DNA of 64,000 nucleotides from Raja brachyura (taxonomy: Eukaryota). Numbering within the stretch: position 1 is the first letter of the stretch; each line of letters opens with the position of its first letter. The position numbers and the translations under genes were made by a program. Shown piece by piece: positions 62,096 through 64,000 of the stretch. The notes beneath the pieces were generated by a model, which saw only the letters and a program-made list of their open reading frames with translations, did not search any database and was not told the DNA's origin. The DNA is taken from positions 19,840,001 through 19,904,000 of the forward strand of contig OY740804.1 of assembly GCA_963514005.1 (NCBI GenBank). Reading direction: 5' to 3'.

Positions 62096-63571
62096 GTTCG
62101 TCCGTCTCCCCTCCCTACCCAACTCATCTCGCCCCCACACTGCCTGTCTGCTCCTCCAGCCCCTGTTCCCCGCAAGGCCGGCCGCTCAAGGAGGGATTCA
62201 CCCTAAACCCCACCTCCCACACCTTGCCCTTGAATAGATTAACACAGGCTCAATGCATACTGTTGAGTTACATCACAGCTTGGTTTGGGAGCAGCTTTGC
62301 CCAAGACCGCAAGATATTGCAAGGGGTTGTGAATGTAGCCCCGTCCATCACACAGAACTGAGTTTCCACCATTCATTCCGTCAATACTGCTTTCGGAAAG
62401 CAGCCAACATAATGAAAGACATCCTACTCCAGTCATTCCTCTCCCTGCGGTAGGTACAGACACACGAACACCTTCTCCCCCACTGTTATCAGGCTTTGCA
62501 ACTGTCCTCCCCTAAGCTAGCGTCCTCTCTGATTCACCTCTGGCCCATCGAAGACATTGGACTTTGTGTATCGAGCTAATGCACGACATTGCTGAGCACT
62601 ACAGTACATTCTTCACTCTGTATCTTCACATTTCCTCTACTCATTATAGTTTTATTTATCTATAGTATTACACGATTTGATTCGCTAGCAAAACAACGCT
62701 TTTCATTGTACCTCGGTACACATGACAGTAATAAATCTAAACCCACGTGGACCAACACGGGGTCAACACAAGGTCAACATTGCTTCAATGTGGCATCAAT
62801 GCAGGGTCAACTTAGGGTCAATCACATTGAGGCCATGACCAAGGAAGCGCACCAATACTTCCACTAAAGTTTAAGAAAAGTTGGCAGATCTCCAATGATT
62901 CTTAACAACATCCACATATGTGCCGTTGTAAGCATCAGGTTACTGAATGGTCCTCCCCTAAATCAGGGCGCAGTGCCGATCTTCCAACCTCCCACATTGC
63001 AGACCTTGCATTTTTTTTAATCTGCACTTTTTCCCTAACTGTAACACTCTAACGCTATATTCGACACTCTGGTATTTTTCTCCTTGCACTACCTGTTTTA
63101 CATGTGCACAGTTTGATTACACTCGTGTATGGTATGCTTTGACTGGAAAGCGTGCAAACAAATCTTCTCACTGAATCCTGCTATACATGACAGTAATAAC
63201 CCAATACCAAATGCAGGGTCAAGGCAAGGTCACTGCACAATCAACATGGGGTCAATGTGGTGTCAACATGGGGTCAATGTGGTGTCAACATGGGGTCAAT
63301 GCAAGTCAAGACAGGGCAGTGTGGCGTCAATGCTGATCCATATTGAGTCAATGACGTCGATGCAGAGCCGACACGGGCTCATTGCACACTCAATGTTCAA
63401 GTTCAAGAGAGTTTATTGTTATGTGTCCCTGACAGGACAATGAAATTCATGCTTTGCTTCAGCACAACAGAACATAGTAGGCATTGACTACAAAATCAGA
63501 TCGGTGTGTTCATATCCTATTATAGGTGTAAATGTGGTGTCAACCGCAGGTCAATGCACGATCAATCCAGT

Positions 63572-63599
63572 CTGAAGAAGGGTCTCGACCCGAAACGTC
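63572..63599 (+). ncRNA. Minimal hammerhead-ribozyme-like motif in a Penelope pseudo-LTR fragment
   Basis: CUGAAGA-A-[GGGU CUCG ACCC]-GAAA-CGUC; catalytic core intact, stem I only ~2 bp. Confidence 0.5.
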
Positions 63600-63991
63600 A
63601 CCCATTCCTTCTCTCCAGAGATGCTGACTGTCCCGCTGAGTTACTCCAGCTTTTTTTTTATCAATTCGGGGTCAGGCTTTGGTGGCTCTTTCTCTGCCCC
63701 CTGCTGACCCTCGGGCGGGCTAGATGGCTGACATCTCAACCCTGGTGGCAGCTGGGTGCCCTGGGTAGTTGACCCTGAACGATCCCATTCCCTAAGCTCT
63801 GAAGCCGACCTCTACACCGTGCTGAACCTGGCCCCTGCTGAGTGACCATAGCTGGTGTGCGTGCTGACCTAACCTCCAAATGACCCTCGTGGATGACCTC
63901 TTCCCTCCTTGACCCTCGTGTCTGACTTCTCCCATCTGGGCGACCTCTCCTTCCGAGTGACCCATTGGCTGACCCCTGGCCCCTCTCTCAG

Positions 63992-64000
63992 GTGAGGGAC
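63992..64000 (+). CDS. ADAMTS5-like next exon start (runs off window)
   Basis: cctctctcag|GTG AGG GAC = VRD, phase 0, matching the V.DGT start of the next Cys-rich exon. Confidence 0.7.

Noticed and set aside
47687-64000. Calling the protease ADAMTS4 on synteny alone
   Set aside because: Zinc motif and other diagnostic residues resemble ADAMTS5; symbol left blank pending phylogeny.

Overview
Vertebrate genomic DNA, most likely a cartilaginous fish (skate/ray-like: HE1-type SINEs, CR1 LINEs with (TTTCTATG)n tails, Penelope pseudo-LTR pieces). It is repeat-rich, with three short N gaps. Four spliced genes lie on the + strand, all assembled by hand from GT-AG junctions and exon phases. (1) The last four coding exons of NDUFS2 (76-2645). 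(2) A complete five-exon FCER1G (FcR gamma ITAM adaptor, 91 aa, 3542-14638) whose 8.4-kb first intron holds a deleted BEL/Pao LTR element. (3) A decayed SLAM/CD2-family Ig receptor pseudogene: leader 29407, C2-Ig exon 31630, stalk/TM exon 43130, possible cytoplasmic exons near 45.7-46.3 kb. (4) An intact, divergent ADAMTS metalloprotease from 47687 to beyond the window end. The ADAMTS gene is the most unusual feature. It sits in the NDUFS2-FCER1G neighbourhood, where mammals have ADAMTS4, but its sequence is ADAMTS5-like. A signal-peptide-like start lies only 38 residues before the catalytic domain, so there is no recognisable prodomain. It also shows paired loss of one disintegrin-domain disulfide and amide substitutions at Ca2+ ligands. 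The rest is nested CR1, Rex/Babar, Tx1, L1, RTE, Penelope, hAT, Academ-like and Helitron-like elements plus minisatellites. Family assignments come from remembered motifs, not database searches.
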